Source: Bilabrum cf. latius (Eukaryota). From it: 64,000 bases of DNA. The position numbers and the translations under genes were made by a program. Every line of letters begins with the position of its first letter. Positions within the stretch are counted from its first letter, which is position 1. The notes under the pieces are model-generated. The model was not told the origin of the DNA. It was given only the letters and a program-made list of their open reading frames with translations, and made no database searches. The stretch spans positions 1,240,001-1,304,000 of the forward strand of contig OZ237746.1 in assembly GCA_965178125.1 (NCBI GenBank). The letters are read 5' to 3'. This document shows, in pieces, positions 37,201-50,500 of the stretch.

Positions 37201-38180
37201 TCAGTGCTGAGAGTTGCCCCGAGCACGAAGACCATCCTCTGGATTGCCTCCCAGCGGAACTGCAGGAGAGCCCCCGAACCCAGGAGTGGGTCCCACCGGT
37301 GCCACGCCGGCCTCTGCCTAGGCGCCACCGTCTCCCACAAACGCCCCCTCAGCGTCTGCCCCGCCGCGCGATGGGTCCACACCCCCGGGACTGCCAAAAC
37401 CGGGAGCGTTGACCGTGCCGCCCCCAACTCCCTGTCCCGGTCCCGCATGGCTGGCAGCGACCTTGGCTGGGCCCCCGCCGGTCCCAGGGGCAGCACCCCC
37501 ACCCATGGTAGAGAGCCAGTTCCCCAAGGTGGGGGCGGACTTGTACCTGAGTTTTACCTGCTCCACCCCGGCGGGAACTTGCCTAGTGCACGCGTGCGCC
37601 ACCAGCAGCAGGAGCGGCAGCAGCCATGCCAACAGCGTCGAGTAGAGCCCGCCCAGCGGGACGAGCAACAGCACAAGCAAGAACAGGACCAGGTAGATCC
37701 GTGCCTTTTCCATGGCCCCATCACTCTGCAGGAACTTGATTCCGGTTGAAGCCACCATTTTCTTCAAGAAGTTGTGCGCAGCTGCCGGCGGCCGCAGCGC
37801 AACCAGGACAAGCACGAGGCCAAAAACAGAGACAAACAGCATGAGTGGCGAAAACATCTGCCAGAGCAACAACGTGATCAGATAGATCCACATGTAGTTT
37901 CCCGCGAAGTAAACAAAGTTAGCCGCAACATGCTTCTCAAACTTGTTCCAGGCCGTTGGCGGAGCCTAGAACTTCTTGTAATCGAATAGCTGCCCCCACG
38001 GTCGAAGCCCCTTCCAACACACGCCTTTGATTAACGCTACGATCTCCGAAACATCTGCGGCGATATGGCACTGGGTGAGAGCTCATCGAAACGGTTTGCG
38101 CAGATGTTGCTACAGTGCGTTGAACTGCCATCTGCATGCTTGGCCAGACCCGTCGTTTTCTGCTCACCCTTCTTGTCCAT
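37201..38180 (-). CDS. PRA1 (prenylated Rab acceptor) family membrane protein
   Basis: Exon 1 is 38180-38168; intron 38167-38055 (GTGAGC...CGCAG). Motifs LRPWGQLF...F*AP...NFVYFAGNY, hydrophobic hairpins and HACTR. TAGs at 37966 and 37318; TGA at 37203-37201. Confidence 0.85.
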
Positions 38181-38400
38181 TTTGATCAAGCTTTGCCTGC
38201 TTGATCAATGATACAGTCTAACTTGCCAGGAGACTGCACCGTCGAATATAATTGGGCCGATGGATTGAGCGACACCGCGATCGGGTGAGCCGGAGCGGTT
38301 TCGCTACTAGTAGTATGGAACGTTCCTCTGGTTGGAACAAGCTCGAACTTTCAATTGGTTTTTATGACCAGATGTAGCTCGCAAGATGACGTAATACTGC

Positions 38401-41400
38401 ATGGATAGCTTTTTAAAAGATAGTGGTCTGGTGATTCCACCCATAGGGCCTTGGAGAATCAACGAGAGGACCCAGTCTTAGCAGCAAGCCCAAGACATTG
38501 CCTCGGAGCGCCTCGAGCATGAGGCTTGCGGGAACTGTGGTGGCTCACAATGGACAAATGATGAATTTGGTGGTGTCCATTGCGCCCTGTGTGGTTCATA
38601 GCTTGTCGTATAGCGGAGGGATGAGCATGCCGACGCCAGCTAGGCAGTTGGCCAGCAGCCCACCACTGGCCGCTCTAGGCGCATGCGCGGGCGAGCAAAT
38701 ACCCGAGACACTCGTGTAACGTTGATATCAAGGCCGATTTTGCTTCGCAAGCAGCCCTCTGTCGATGACCCTGGCTTCACTGCATCACTGAGCAAGCGAG
38801 AAGCGAGAGCGCTCGGCTCGGCGCTCACTTGGCTGCTCAGCAGGATGTGTCGCGCGGCTGACGCCCTCATGATGGCCACGGCTAGCCAACTGGATAGACG
38901 GGCTGCAGTCGGCAGCGCATCAGCCCCGACGTGCCCGTCCGGCTCCCCCGAGTGCTCGCTGTGCCGTGCCCGCCGACACCTCGCCCGCAGGATGGCACCG
39001 CTCGAGCCGGGCGCCCTTGAGGCCCGGAGCAAGGCCATCTGGGCGGGGGTGCTGCGGTTGTATGCGACTGGAAGCGACAGCTAGGCCGGTAGCGGTGCTG
39101 CGGACGGGCCATCGGGTGGGGTAGGGAGTGGTGCAGGCCGGAAGCGAGGCCGGCATGAGATGGGGGCCGATTCTACCACTGCCACTGCGACCGCTGGTGA
39201 GCACCGTGATGAGGACGAGGGCGGTGGTAGCACTGGTGATCGTGAAAGTGATCGTGATAGTGGTGGTGATGATGATGACCGCGGTGGCGGCGCAGGTGCA
39301 GAAAGCGGCAATCTCGTGTCCGAGGCGCGAGCCAACGAGTGGGCGCTGGGTGTACTCGGGCAAGGTGCCGGACATGGACATGGACATGGTGGTGAGCGTG
39401 GAGGCGCTTTGGGTCCGATGGATGTCCGGGTGGCGGCGCTGCCCCCCTTCACGGCCAGAGGACTGCTGCCGGTGCTGCTGCTGGCCCTGCAGTCGCTGCA
39501 GCTGCCCGTCGGGGCATTCGACGTGTGCTCGTGGGCGGGGGCTGGGCTGCTACCGTTCTTGCGCGCCTGGCTCGCAGTGCCTGGGGATCTGGTGGGGCCA
39601 CTGTGGAGGGTGCAGGGTGCTCTGCTGCCCAGACAGGTCCCTGGACCCGAGTGGGTGGAGCGGGCTGCAGGGTGGCTCGCTGGCTCGCTCGGGATGCGCC
39701 TGGGACTGCCTCATGCTCTGCCCCTGCGGACCGCTGGCCTCAGGCTCATCGCGAGAGCGGATGGTATGGGGCTGCTGAGGCACGGGGACAACCAGCTGGG
39801 CGAGTTTGGCCTGCTGGCTAGTGTGATGAGTGACCCGGTGGGCGGCATGCAGCGTGCCTATGGCTCGAAAGGGGGCTACTCCTTGCTTGCCGCTGCGGTG
39901 CAGCAGGTGCAACAGGTGCAGCAGGCTCGAGGGCATGGCGCGGGCCAGGACAGGAATGATATGAGCGCAGGCTCGTAGTAGACGACAGCTGCAGCTGTTT
40001 CTGATGCGAGTCACACGGACACCGACACGGACACCGACACCGACATGGACACCGACACCGAGCCAGCCCAAGCACACCGGGCCGGCTCCAGCTCTGGCCC
40101 CGCCCTGTAGAGACTAGAGGAGCAGGCGGGGGCCTCCTCGCGAGGGCACAGACACGCACGGCTGGTGCGGGCAATCCAGGGGCTCGCCAGCGACCGACCT
40201 GTCCCCAGGCCCCTGGATCGCTGGGCGCACGCCGGGCCTCTCGCGGGGGAGGACGGGCGGTACACCGGGCTGCGCTCCCCGGGGTGCGCGGTGGCGAGGC
40301 AGATGTGGCTGCTGGCCACCAGACAGCGCTCTAGCCTGAGGCTGCAGCGCGTTGTGGACGCGGTGTGCCGCTGGTAGAGCCGGGCACATGCCAGCGGCGT
40401 GCTGGTGGCGGCTGGAATGCTCGTGGGCAGGCTAGCTGTCCGTGACTGGGGATGGGAGCAGCCCCCGGGCATCGAGGCAACTCGAGCTCACGTGTCACCC
40501 CCACCCCCAGCTGCTAGCGAGGTGGACTCGGCCCTGCGATGCGCGGCGGCTTCTCTGGCACTGGCCGGGGCGGCTGGCTGCGACCCTGGTCAACAGGCGG
40601 GCGCGCAGGTGCTGGCACATGCCGCCGAGGTGGCACAGCGGGTGGTGGACCCTCAGGACCGGCCCCGAGGTAGCGAGGGGCTGGGCGTGCTGCGGGCCCG
40701 TCTGCGGGGCGCGAGCTCTGGCCCCGGGGAACAAGGAGAGAGTGGGCCCGCGGGGTGGGTGCCTCCTCTGGTGGACGCGCTGGCTGCCCCGGGGGCGGCG
40801 GGTCGGCTGTTCGCTGGCGTGCCGATGCGGGCGCAGCGCCGCGAGCTGCACAGGGAACAGCGAGTGGCGGCGCTGGGTCTGCCCTCGGTGGGGCCGGGGA
40901 TGGCGGCTTCCCTGCCCCCCGCGCAGCGCGAATACAGGAGGGCCCGACTGTAGGGCACGGCGGCGAAGGCGGTCAGAAGCGCTGCCGCGGGTCTGCTGGC
41001 GGCCGTGTCATTCAGAGCGACCATGCCCGGTGTTGAGCAAGAGGGTGGGGCAAGTGGCGCAGCAACAATAGACGAGAAGGCAGAGGTCAGAGATGGCCTG
41101 CTGGGCTCGTAGGACTCGTAGGGCACACCGCGCTCATTTCGTGAGGGCTGGGACAGGGAGGGGGAGGGCAGTAAGGACGCTGTCCGGGATGCAAGCAGCA
41201 GGGCGGATTGGGTGCTAGTACTGGAGATGCTCCGGGCGTGCCTGGGGCTGGACGCACCAAGTATCGCGAGGCTGTCGGAGAGCAGGCACCCTGGGCACGG
41301 GGCGGCTGCATTGGTGCGGGAGGTGGTGCGGGACCTCGCCGTGGAGGACCTCGAGGGGCTCCTGGGACATGCCGCGGGGCTTGCGGCCACTGCGTGTCTG

Positions 41401-41442
41401 TGCGATCTGCTGGAGCACGGCGAATGCACGATCCGGATGTAA
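38401..41442 (+). CDS. RRN7/TAF1B-like RNA polymerase I initiation factor (~1013 aa)
   Basis: One frame with 12 TAGs, ending at TAA 41440-41442. N-terminal zinc ribbon CGNC...W...GGVHCALCGS*, plus LALQSLQLPVGAFDVCSWAGAGLLPF, which resembles the Rrn7 cyclin-fold motif. Confidence 0.75.
40018..40059 (+). repeat. Imperfect (GACACS)n repeat encoding Asp-Thr repeats
   Basis: gacaccgacacggacaccgacaccgacatggacaccgacacc is visible inside the RRN7-like CDS. Confidence 0.8.
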
Positions 41443-41583
41443 CGATTGAGTTAACCGGGTTGAGTCGACTGGCGCACCCGGTATGATTGTCGTAGACCGC
41501 TTGCTGTGCACTTGAAAATCACGTTAGTTTTTGTTAGTTCACTGCAAAAGTTACATCGCTTACCAAATGGTGCGCTCTCACGA

Positions 41584-44500
41584 TCACCGCCCGCTGCCCA
41601 GCTGCGCCTCCTCTGCCTCAGCCAGCTCGGCTACGGAGGTCTGCTGCCCGATGCAGGACCGGGCCACTGAGTTGAAGAGGCTCTCGATCTCGGGGGCGCA
41701 ATGCGTGAACGGGCGGGACCAAAACCTGTACTGCGGCACCTTGATCAGCTCGATGAACGTGATCAGGAGGCCCCACGGGTGCGGCCGGTTGCAGATGAGT
41801 TTCTGCAGCAGCACCCTCGTGAGGATCTCCCGGTGCGCGTCATCCGGGGCCTCCGCGAACAGCTTCAGCACCGCCACGCTGAAGAAGTGCGTGTGGCTGT
41901 TGGGGTACCTCAGCTGGGAGGCCACTGCATCCAGCAGCAGGTACTTGCCCGAAGGCTGCAGCTGCTGCAGCACCTGCTTGAGGAGCGGGATGGCGGGGCT
42001 CCTCGAGGCCACCGTGGCATCCCCCGCGGCGGCTGTCCCGCTGGTCTGCGCCACGAGAGCCACCAGGGCCTGCAGCCGGGCGTGAGAGTAGCGGGCGGGC
42101 TCCTCCACTCCCGCTCCTGCCCCCGCCACAGCCGCTACCTCGGCGCTGCTGAGCTGCATGGCCGCTGCCACCCGGGCCGGCATGGAGGGCGGGCCCCCGC
42201 TCTGCAGGTACCCCTGGATGTCCCGCGCCAGAGACGGGTCTAAAGCGGCGGTGGCATCCGCGTTCTAGACGGGTGGGAGCTTGATCTCCGGGATGGTATC
42301 TATCTTGAGCTGCGAGGTGAGCGGCTCGGGCGCGACCATCTGCCTCGGAGTGGCGGAGAGCACGAGGTTGCGCAGCTGCAGGCAGACCGGGGGCAGCACC
42401 TCGCACAGCTCGTGGTGGTTGTCTGCCAAAAAGTCCTGCGCGTCGTGCAGCACCACCACAACCAGTCGTAGCACGCCTCGGTAAAAGAGACGCAGGGTGG
42501 GCGGCATGCCCCCCGGGCACGCCCGCAGCGTGTCGCCTAGGAAGGAGAAGGTCGTGCGCAGCAGCCGCAGCAGCATGGGCCACCCGCGGGCCCCGGGCGA
42601 GTGCAACACTGCTGGCAGCAGGGACCGGTGGCACAGCAGGGTGATCCACGACAGGGCAAAGGCGGGTACGCGCTGGGGCCGCAGGCACAGCAGCGCATTC
42701 CCCACTGCCGTCGATGCCAGCATAGTCAGCTGCGTGCGGGCGCTGGCCAGCACCGCCTCGCTCTGGTACGCGGGCGGCCGGGGCCCTGCGGCGGACTTGG
42801 AGCCCGCAGCAGCCGCGGCCGCCGCAACCTCGGCCCCTCCCCCGCTCAGCGCGTCCAAGGTGGCGTGGTCCACGGACTGGGGCGCCTCCTCGGGCGGTAG
42901 GCACACCCGGATGAGGGCGGAGAGCACCCGGGTGTAAGGGCGGGGATCAAAGGGCAATCGAGCCATGGGCAGCCGCCAGACCCTGCGCGCTGCCCGCCGG
43001 CTAGAGCTGCCAGTGCCGCCCACCGCCGAGGCAGTCGAGGACGCGCTCACCATGGAGGACGCATCGTCGTCGTCGTGGCCCGCCTGCGAGGCGCGGCCGG
43101 AGCCAGAGCCCGAGGCAGGCCCCCGGCCCGCCCCGCTCCCGCCCTCATCCTCTGGCTCGAGGTCCTCCACCCACCAGTCCGCGTCAGGAGACGACAGCCC
43201 GAAGCCGCCCTGCCCCGCCGCGGCTCCCAGCGCGGCCCCCAGCATGTCCGCGCCCTCCTCCGTCTCCACGAGCGCGTCCGCGTCCTCCTTCGAGGAGGAG
43301 GAAGAGGCGGCCGAGGCCCGGGCCTCCACGGCCTGAGCGCGGCGGGCCGCCCCGGCCGAGGCCGCGGCTCGCTGCGTGCCTAGTAGCCCGGACTCGCCGT
43401 CCCGCTGAGCCGCTCCCTCGGCGCGCATGCTCCTCTGCCGTGCCGCCCACGCGTCCGCATGCGCCACGAGCACGCTAGCAGCGGCTGCCAGGCACCGCGA
43501 GAGCATAGCCGCCTTGTTAGTCACACCGTCCGCCCCACGAACCAGCAGGGACAGCAGCGTGGACACGGCGTCCGCCCCGGAGCCCATCCCTGCAAAGAGA
43601 AGCTGCGATGGGGCCTGGGCGGCGGCTGGGGACGGGTCCGGCACGATGCGCGACCCGTCCGACCCGATGCCAGACCCTGCCCGGGCGGCAGCTTCCGCCG
43701 CTGCATCGGCGCGCACCGCCACCTCCACGGCGGCAGACACGAACTGCACGGCCGCCGCCTCTGTCTCGAATGCACCCGATGAGTTGAGGCGCGCCAGCAC
43801 GCCCACGAGGTTGGCGCCGCCCTTGCCCGGGGCCGCCTCCGCCATGCGGTGCGCCAGGTCCACGTCCCGCAGCAGGGACAGCACGGCCCGGCGGGTGGCG
43901 CGGGTGGCGCGGGAGGGCCTCTGCATGGCCCACTACCACCTGGCCAGCACCCCCATGTCGTCCCGCGGCACGTGCAGGTGCTCGACCGCATCGCCCTCGT
44001 CACCCTCCTCCGGATCACCCGATTCGTATCGGCTTCGCGCGCCGCTCCCGTCCGCGCCCGCCCCGCTGCTGGCCATCACCTCGGCGTCCGGCCGAGCAGC
44101 GGCCGCCAGCACCAATCCGGCCTCCGGGTCGGGCAGCGTGTCTGCCCTGCGTGCCATGCGCAACACCCAGGCAGGCACGCGAGCCAGAGGGCCTGCCGCC
44201 GTGTCTGCGCCCGTGGCATCACTGGCCGAGGCAGCCCGGGCAGCGAACACGAGGCACGCCAAGCGCCGCCCCCACGCGGGTCCCTTGGGCTCCGTCTCGT
44301 TGGAGGGCACAGGCTGAGCCATCGCGGCCCGTGCCGCCATCTCCAGCTAGGCCACAGTGCGGGTGAGCTGCTGCGGGGACACGTGCCCGCGCAGGAGCAG
44401 CCGGGTGGAGGCCGGACAGTCGAGCACTGCGCGTCCCATCGAGGCAGCCGCATGCGCCCGGCCCACGTCCGACTCCCCGTCGCTGTCCGAGCCGCTCTTG

Positions 44501-47500
44501 GACGCGTGAATACTAGCTTCCACCTCCACCAGCTCGCCAGGCGCCGAGGAGCGCGCCTCCTCCGCCTTGGGCCGGGGCACAGCCGGCTGCATGCTCAAGC
44601 CGTCCTGGGCTGTGGGCCACTGCTGCAGCAGAGCGTCCACGGCGCGCTCGTCCGGCACGCCCTCGTCCGAGTCGCCATCGTCCTGCCCGGGACCCGAAGC
44701 GGCCGCGACCCGCCCGCGCACGGCACACCTCCAGACCACCGCGGCGGCGAACTGCACTCCCAGGCCGGCCGCAGAGGGCGTCGCGCCCGCCTCGGGCCCT
44801 TCCACCTGCGAGTCCTCTGCCGCTGCCGCCGAGCAGAGCGAGTCCAGGTCCCGCGTGCGGATGACACCGGCGCGGGAAACAGCCGTGGTCACTGCTGCGT
44901 CCAGCCCTCTCTCGCGCGGAGAGAGCACCAGCGTGCCAGCGGTGGCCGAGGCCACGGCGTTCACGTCCGTGGTGACCGAGGCGGCCTTGAGAGCGGCCAC
45001 GAGGGCCTGCATGGGCAGCAGCCCCATCTCCGCAGCAGCCCGCTGGGCGGCCCTCCTGGCGGCCTCGGCCTGGTCTGCCTGCCACGAGGTCTACGGGCGC
45101 CCGCCCCTGGCCTCCCTCAGCGCTTGGGACCACTTGGCGTCTGCCGCACTGCGCACAGCCTGTCCCGTCTAGAGGAGTGCCTCCACGCACTCCTGCGCAA
45201 AGGTGGCGGCGGCAGCGGCCCGTGCCCGCCCGATGCCAGGGTTGGCCTGCGAGCTTGCGTCCTGGGTGGGCAGCGGCGTAGCGGCGAACTTGACCTCCTC
45301 CACGGCAGACACTACCGGGTGCGACGAGCTCAGCGAGCTCAGCGAGGGGGGCGCGCCTCCTGCAGGCCAGGCAGTCACAGTCTCGCCCACAGCCCGGTTC
45401 AGGAACTTCATGGCCGCGCGGTACCGCCCCAGCATCTCGACCGCCTCGGGCTACCGCTGCAACGCATCGGCTACGTGCCGCGAGGCGTTGCGGGCCTGCT
45501 ACCGGGCCATAGCCATGCGAGGTGGCGCCGAGGCAGAGGCTGCACCAGCGGGCCCCCCGGCTCCTGGCTAACCAGCTGGCACAGCGGTTGCCGCTCCCCC
45601 GGCGTACTGCCCTTGCTGCGGGGCGACTGGGTTCTGTTGCAGCTGGTCGAAAGCCCTATAGACGGCCAGCTGCGGCTGCAGCAGGCCCTGCGGCCCCGGT
45701 CGTAGTGAAGGCGGCAGGGCTGCAGGCCACCTACTGCCAGACTGCCACTCGTCCGTGTCTGTGTGTTGCCTGCCCTCGCTCTCCGCCACCCGCCTCGCGC
45801 GGACCTGCTCCGCCAGCATGGACTGGCAGTCTCGGCTGGCCCTGTCTGCTGCCGCCGCCTCAATCAGCGCCGAAGCAAGGTCCACGTGGTCCTTGCTGAG
45901 CACCTCCACGGCCTGCACCACGGGGGCCACCCGCGAGGACGAGGCCGTGGGCTTCTGGCCATCACCCCCGTGCGACTGCTTCAGAAGGACCTGCAGCTCG
46001 TCCGCGCCCACTCCGAGAGCGGCATGCACCTCCGGGCTTTTGGTGAGGAACTCCCGGAGGTTCTCCTGCGTCTGTGCCTTGACCTGGTCCTAGCACGACA
46101 CCACCGACATGGAGCTGGCCAGCTATCTCGCAGTTAATACGCACGCTGCCACCATCCGCTTGCTGGACGGGTCCATAGCGAAGTCCTTGGCCACCAGTTG
46201 CTTGGCAGTGGTGCACGCAATGGCCGAGCTCCGGTCCACAACCCCCTTCATCACCCGGCACACGGCCATTGACAGCGCCCTGGCTACCACGGGCTCCAGC
46301 TGCAGCTTCGGCGCAGCTTGCGACAGTGCCAGGCCTGCCGGCACTCGCACTAGCTGCTCTAGCCCGGGGGCCAGCGCGAGGCCCGGCTGCTTGCTCGTGT
46401 CGATGGCAGAGGCTCCGCCCGCCGCGGCTCCCAACCCGCCGACATCCGCCCCAGGTCGACCCGCCCCGGCGTGTCCCTCGGCCTTCCTCCGCCGCCGTAG
46501 ACTTTGTCTCGCCTCGTATTCTTCCACTGATAGACCAGGGACCGTCTCTGGCTCCTGGGCTGCCTTGGTGCTGAAGTCTGCGGTGCCCTCAAGCTGCGGC
46601 TTCCTGCGCTGTGAGAGCAAGTCGGCTGCTGGCACGGCCCCGAACTCGACCTCGAGGGTCTTACATACCACGTCCATGCCAAACTTGATGTTCATCTTGA
46701 GGTACTTGACCAAGTACAGCTCGCGCAGCACTCCAAGGATCCCTACCGTCCACGGGTTCGGGGGCATGAACGGGCGCGGCGCGTCTGCCTTGGCGGCTCC
46801 CTCCAGGACGCTAGACACAAACACCACGCAGGCGATGAGTTTGCCGGACTCGAAGGCCTGCAGCAGCAGCTCGCGAAGGTCAAGTTCCTTCCGCAGCAGC
46901 GGCCTCCCCCTGGCGAGAGTCATGAGCCCGAGCCACTCGCCGATGCTCTTGAGCATGGAGCGCTCCCTCGTGCTCGTGCTGATCGAGTCGGACCCCAGCA
47001 GCTCTCGTGCCGACTCGAGGGTGGCCTGCAGCACCTCTTTGTACAGCACCGGCGAACCAAACTCGCGAAGGAAATTCGCATGAAGATCGTGAAAGTTGGG
47101 TTGCGTGGATACCCGCTTCACGACGAGATAGTGCCCGAACCAGGGCAGGTGGTCATCCGCGACGTTGCTTCGCATCTCGGCGGCCGTAGACTTCACGTTC
47201 GAGTGCGAGAGGTTGTTGATCTGGAAGTGCAGCCTGTCACGCACTGTCACTGGGACATTCGGAAGCCTCCTGCGCGGAGGTCGATCGGCCGAGCTGAAGT
47301 ACTGCACGGGCTGCGTTGGGCCAAACCGGTATCGTGCAACGGAGCTGCCACCTGCACCACCGTCGCCCGCACCTGCCCCTGACGCTGCGGATCCGTCAGG
47401 TGCCATATCGGGGGGTTGCTCGCCGGCCGCCACGGCACGTAGGATGTCTGTGAACCTCGCCCCAAGCTGCTGGATACGGCCCCTGTGGCGCAGGAATGGC

Positions 47501-50500
47501 GTTGGCAACATCTGCCGCGGGGGTTGTTGCCGGGTACCAGATGCCTCGCCGGTGCCTGCCTGCGCTGCTGAATGCGCGGTGTCTGTCGCTCCGTTGGCGC
47601 CACCGACCTGTTTGGGCTGCTGTGCGTGCTGCTGACCAGGTGCCTGCTGTCCAGTCTGCATCGCAGCAGCGCTGCCTATAGATGCTTCCACAGCCAGTGC
47701 TGTGGCCGCAGCCGCCTATGCATCGACGGAATCGTCCGAGCCAGGCGCCAGCACCAAGTCGGCGGGAGATCCCGACTCAATAAGAGCCAGTGATGACTCC
47801 ACTGACTGCAGCTAATGTGACAGCTCAGACGGCCGGGCCGGAGTCCCGTAGCCCGGTTGCTGTGCTGCTAGGACCCCCATCTTCTCGCGCAGCTTGCCCA
47901 CAAAGCCTGCAAAGTGCTGCTGCAGCGCTGGTACCTTCTCCACCAGCTTGCAAAGATGCGCCCAGGCAGGAAGCCTGGCCTGGAACTGCTCCAGAGCAAA
48001 GACCCCGAACCTGAACGGCCTGCCAGCGTCCCCGGGGGTCGCCTTACTCCACAGCCCCTCACATACCAGCCGGAGCACAGCTCCCAGGGCACGGGGAGAC
48101 AGAAGCCGAGCTTGCACGGCTGCTCCAATGAGTGCGCCCGATAGCCTCAGCTCCTGCTCGCTCATCGCGTCGACACGCTTCCAAAGGGGGATCAGCTTCA
48201 GCAGAGCTGCGCCCACGTCCTCCCTCGAACCGACCCGCCCACTATCCCTAATCTAGGCCAGCTGCTGGACTGCGGCAACTGGAGTGATACGCCGCTGGAA
48301 TGCTGCCGAGAGCACTGCATTCGCAGCTGCAGGAATATCAGCTGGAGCTGGCGCTGTGCCAGAGTCGGAGCCGCTTGCCTGATCCGGCTGCTTGCCGTCC
48401 GGCAGAGAGGCGATCCCTCCTGGAGCGCTGGCAGCACCAGACTATCCGCTTCCACTGGCCGCATCAGTCGCCGCTTTCAAACCCGGCAACACCTGCATTG
48501 CCCTGTCGATTGCGTGCACCAGCCCAGGTATGACGACCGCCCTGCTGGCCGGGGCATCCTCATCCTCCTCCGGACCAGCGGCAGACCCCGAAAAGCCCTC
48601 TCGCATCGCACGGATGAGAGCCGCGAGGTGGTGCGTGTCGACCACACAGCTCTGGCTAGGCACACCACCTGGTGCTCCCGCGAGCCTGCCTCCTTCGTGC
48701 GTCCGAGTGATGCCCTGAATTAGGTCCAATGCAGCGCGGGCGGCGGATGCGGCGCCAAACGGGAGCTGGTTGTTCTCCTCTGGTGGCCCGAAGCAGCAAC
48801 GGATCCAGGCATTCAGGAGGGTGCTGCTCCTCTGCGGCTCCATCGCCGAACACGTTCCTAGCACTACAGGGATAGCAATGGCCGGCACGGGTATGCAAAG
48901 CAGGGCACCCAGGAGCGCCCTGTCTTGTACTGGCAAGCTGCGCGCAAGCTCGGGCGTGCGTGGAAGGCGGCCGAAGAGACGGGAGCTAGGCCCGTCAGCC
49001 CCCGCCGCCCCCTCGCGCTCCTCTTGATTCGCTAGCTCGTTCACGACCAGGCAGAGTAGCTTGCCCACGCGGGCGGCGAAGCGAAGGAGCAGCGGCAGCA
49101 CCCTCAAGCCCGGGAGGTTGCCACGCAGGAGCAACTCTGATTCGGCGTGCTGCTACTTGCTCTAGGCGCCGGGGCCGGAAGCGGCTGAAGCGGTCAGTAC
49201 CCTTGAAGTCCTCGCCAGGGTGTTCACAAGCAGGGCGGGGGATATGCTCCACAGGCGCACCAACACCGTCATCGCAACCGCGGGCGGGTCCGTCAGAGAG
49301 GCAGCGGCAGCTCGCATCGGCGCTGCAGACTACACGATCGCGACGGCAGGCTGAGGCGGAGGCTGGCCTTGCTTAGAGGCGTCCGCGCTGTGCTGCTGCC
49401 GTTGCTGCTGCACCACAGCCCTCAGCTTGTCCTCGGCGAGGCCCGCCTGTCCCTCCAGGGCAGCGGGCACCTGCACCGCCAGGACGCTGGCGAATTGGCG
49501 AGATGCAACTGTGCTGAACACGCGCTCACGCAGCACGTGCGAATCTCGAACGCCGTCAACCTGGCCCGCGTCCGCCTTTGCCGCTGCCAGCCCCAGCACC
49601 ACCAGCCCGTTGGCCTGCTGCTGCGCCCTGTCCAGCAGCTTGAGGCTGAGCGGTTGCAGCCCGCCCACGTGTGCCAGACGTAGCACGGTGGAATACGTGT
49701 CCATGGCGCACCACGCCTGGTTGGCCACGCCGCAGCCAGTGGAGGACCCCTGGATGGGGCTCATGAGCCGGGCAGCAGACACCTTCGCGAATGACAGCTC
49801 CGACGCCGGCATGTCCACCGCACACGACAGAGCATGGATCTGGGCCTACGGGTGCCTCCATCGGCCCAGCAGCTGGTGCCCTGGAAACGGCGCCCCGCCC
49901 TGACCTAGCTTGACCGTTCGGAACACGAACCAAGCAGCCCCAGGGTGCGCGATGGGCCCGATGGATGAGATTGCGCCGGCGCCCAGCTGCGTCGAGCCGG
50001 AAGGCGTGCATGCCGCCGATGCCGACATGGGCAGGTCCAGCCCAGATGCCACTGCTGCCCACGAGGGGCTGTGGTCCTCCTACAGCACGCGGCTAAACAC
50101 CGACGGGCTCCACGACCCCCAGCCCTGGGAGGACGGAGCAAAGTTGCCGCCGCTCCCCGCACCACCCGTGGACACCAGAGCGAGCGGGGCGGGGCGGCCT
50201 TGTGCCTGCCCAGCCGCGGCGCACACGACCTCAGCCGCCCAGCCAGGCAGCACCCTCGCGCCATCACGAGCCGCGGTCGGTCCATCCGCGCTGCCCGCAG
50301 CAGCACCACCACCCGCGACGGCAGGCCCGTCCCCCTCCGCGACGTCCTCGGGCTTCCAAGCGGCGGGCATCGAGTTGCCCACGGCCAGCAGCAGCGCCGC
50401 GATTTCCTTTGCGTGCAACGGCAGCAGCCCCAGGGACCTGGGCCCCCTGCCCGCCAGTGCAAGAGCGTTACGCAGGCCGGTTACGCTGCCCGCCCCGGAC

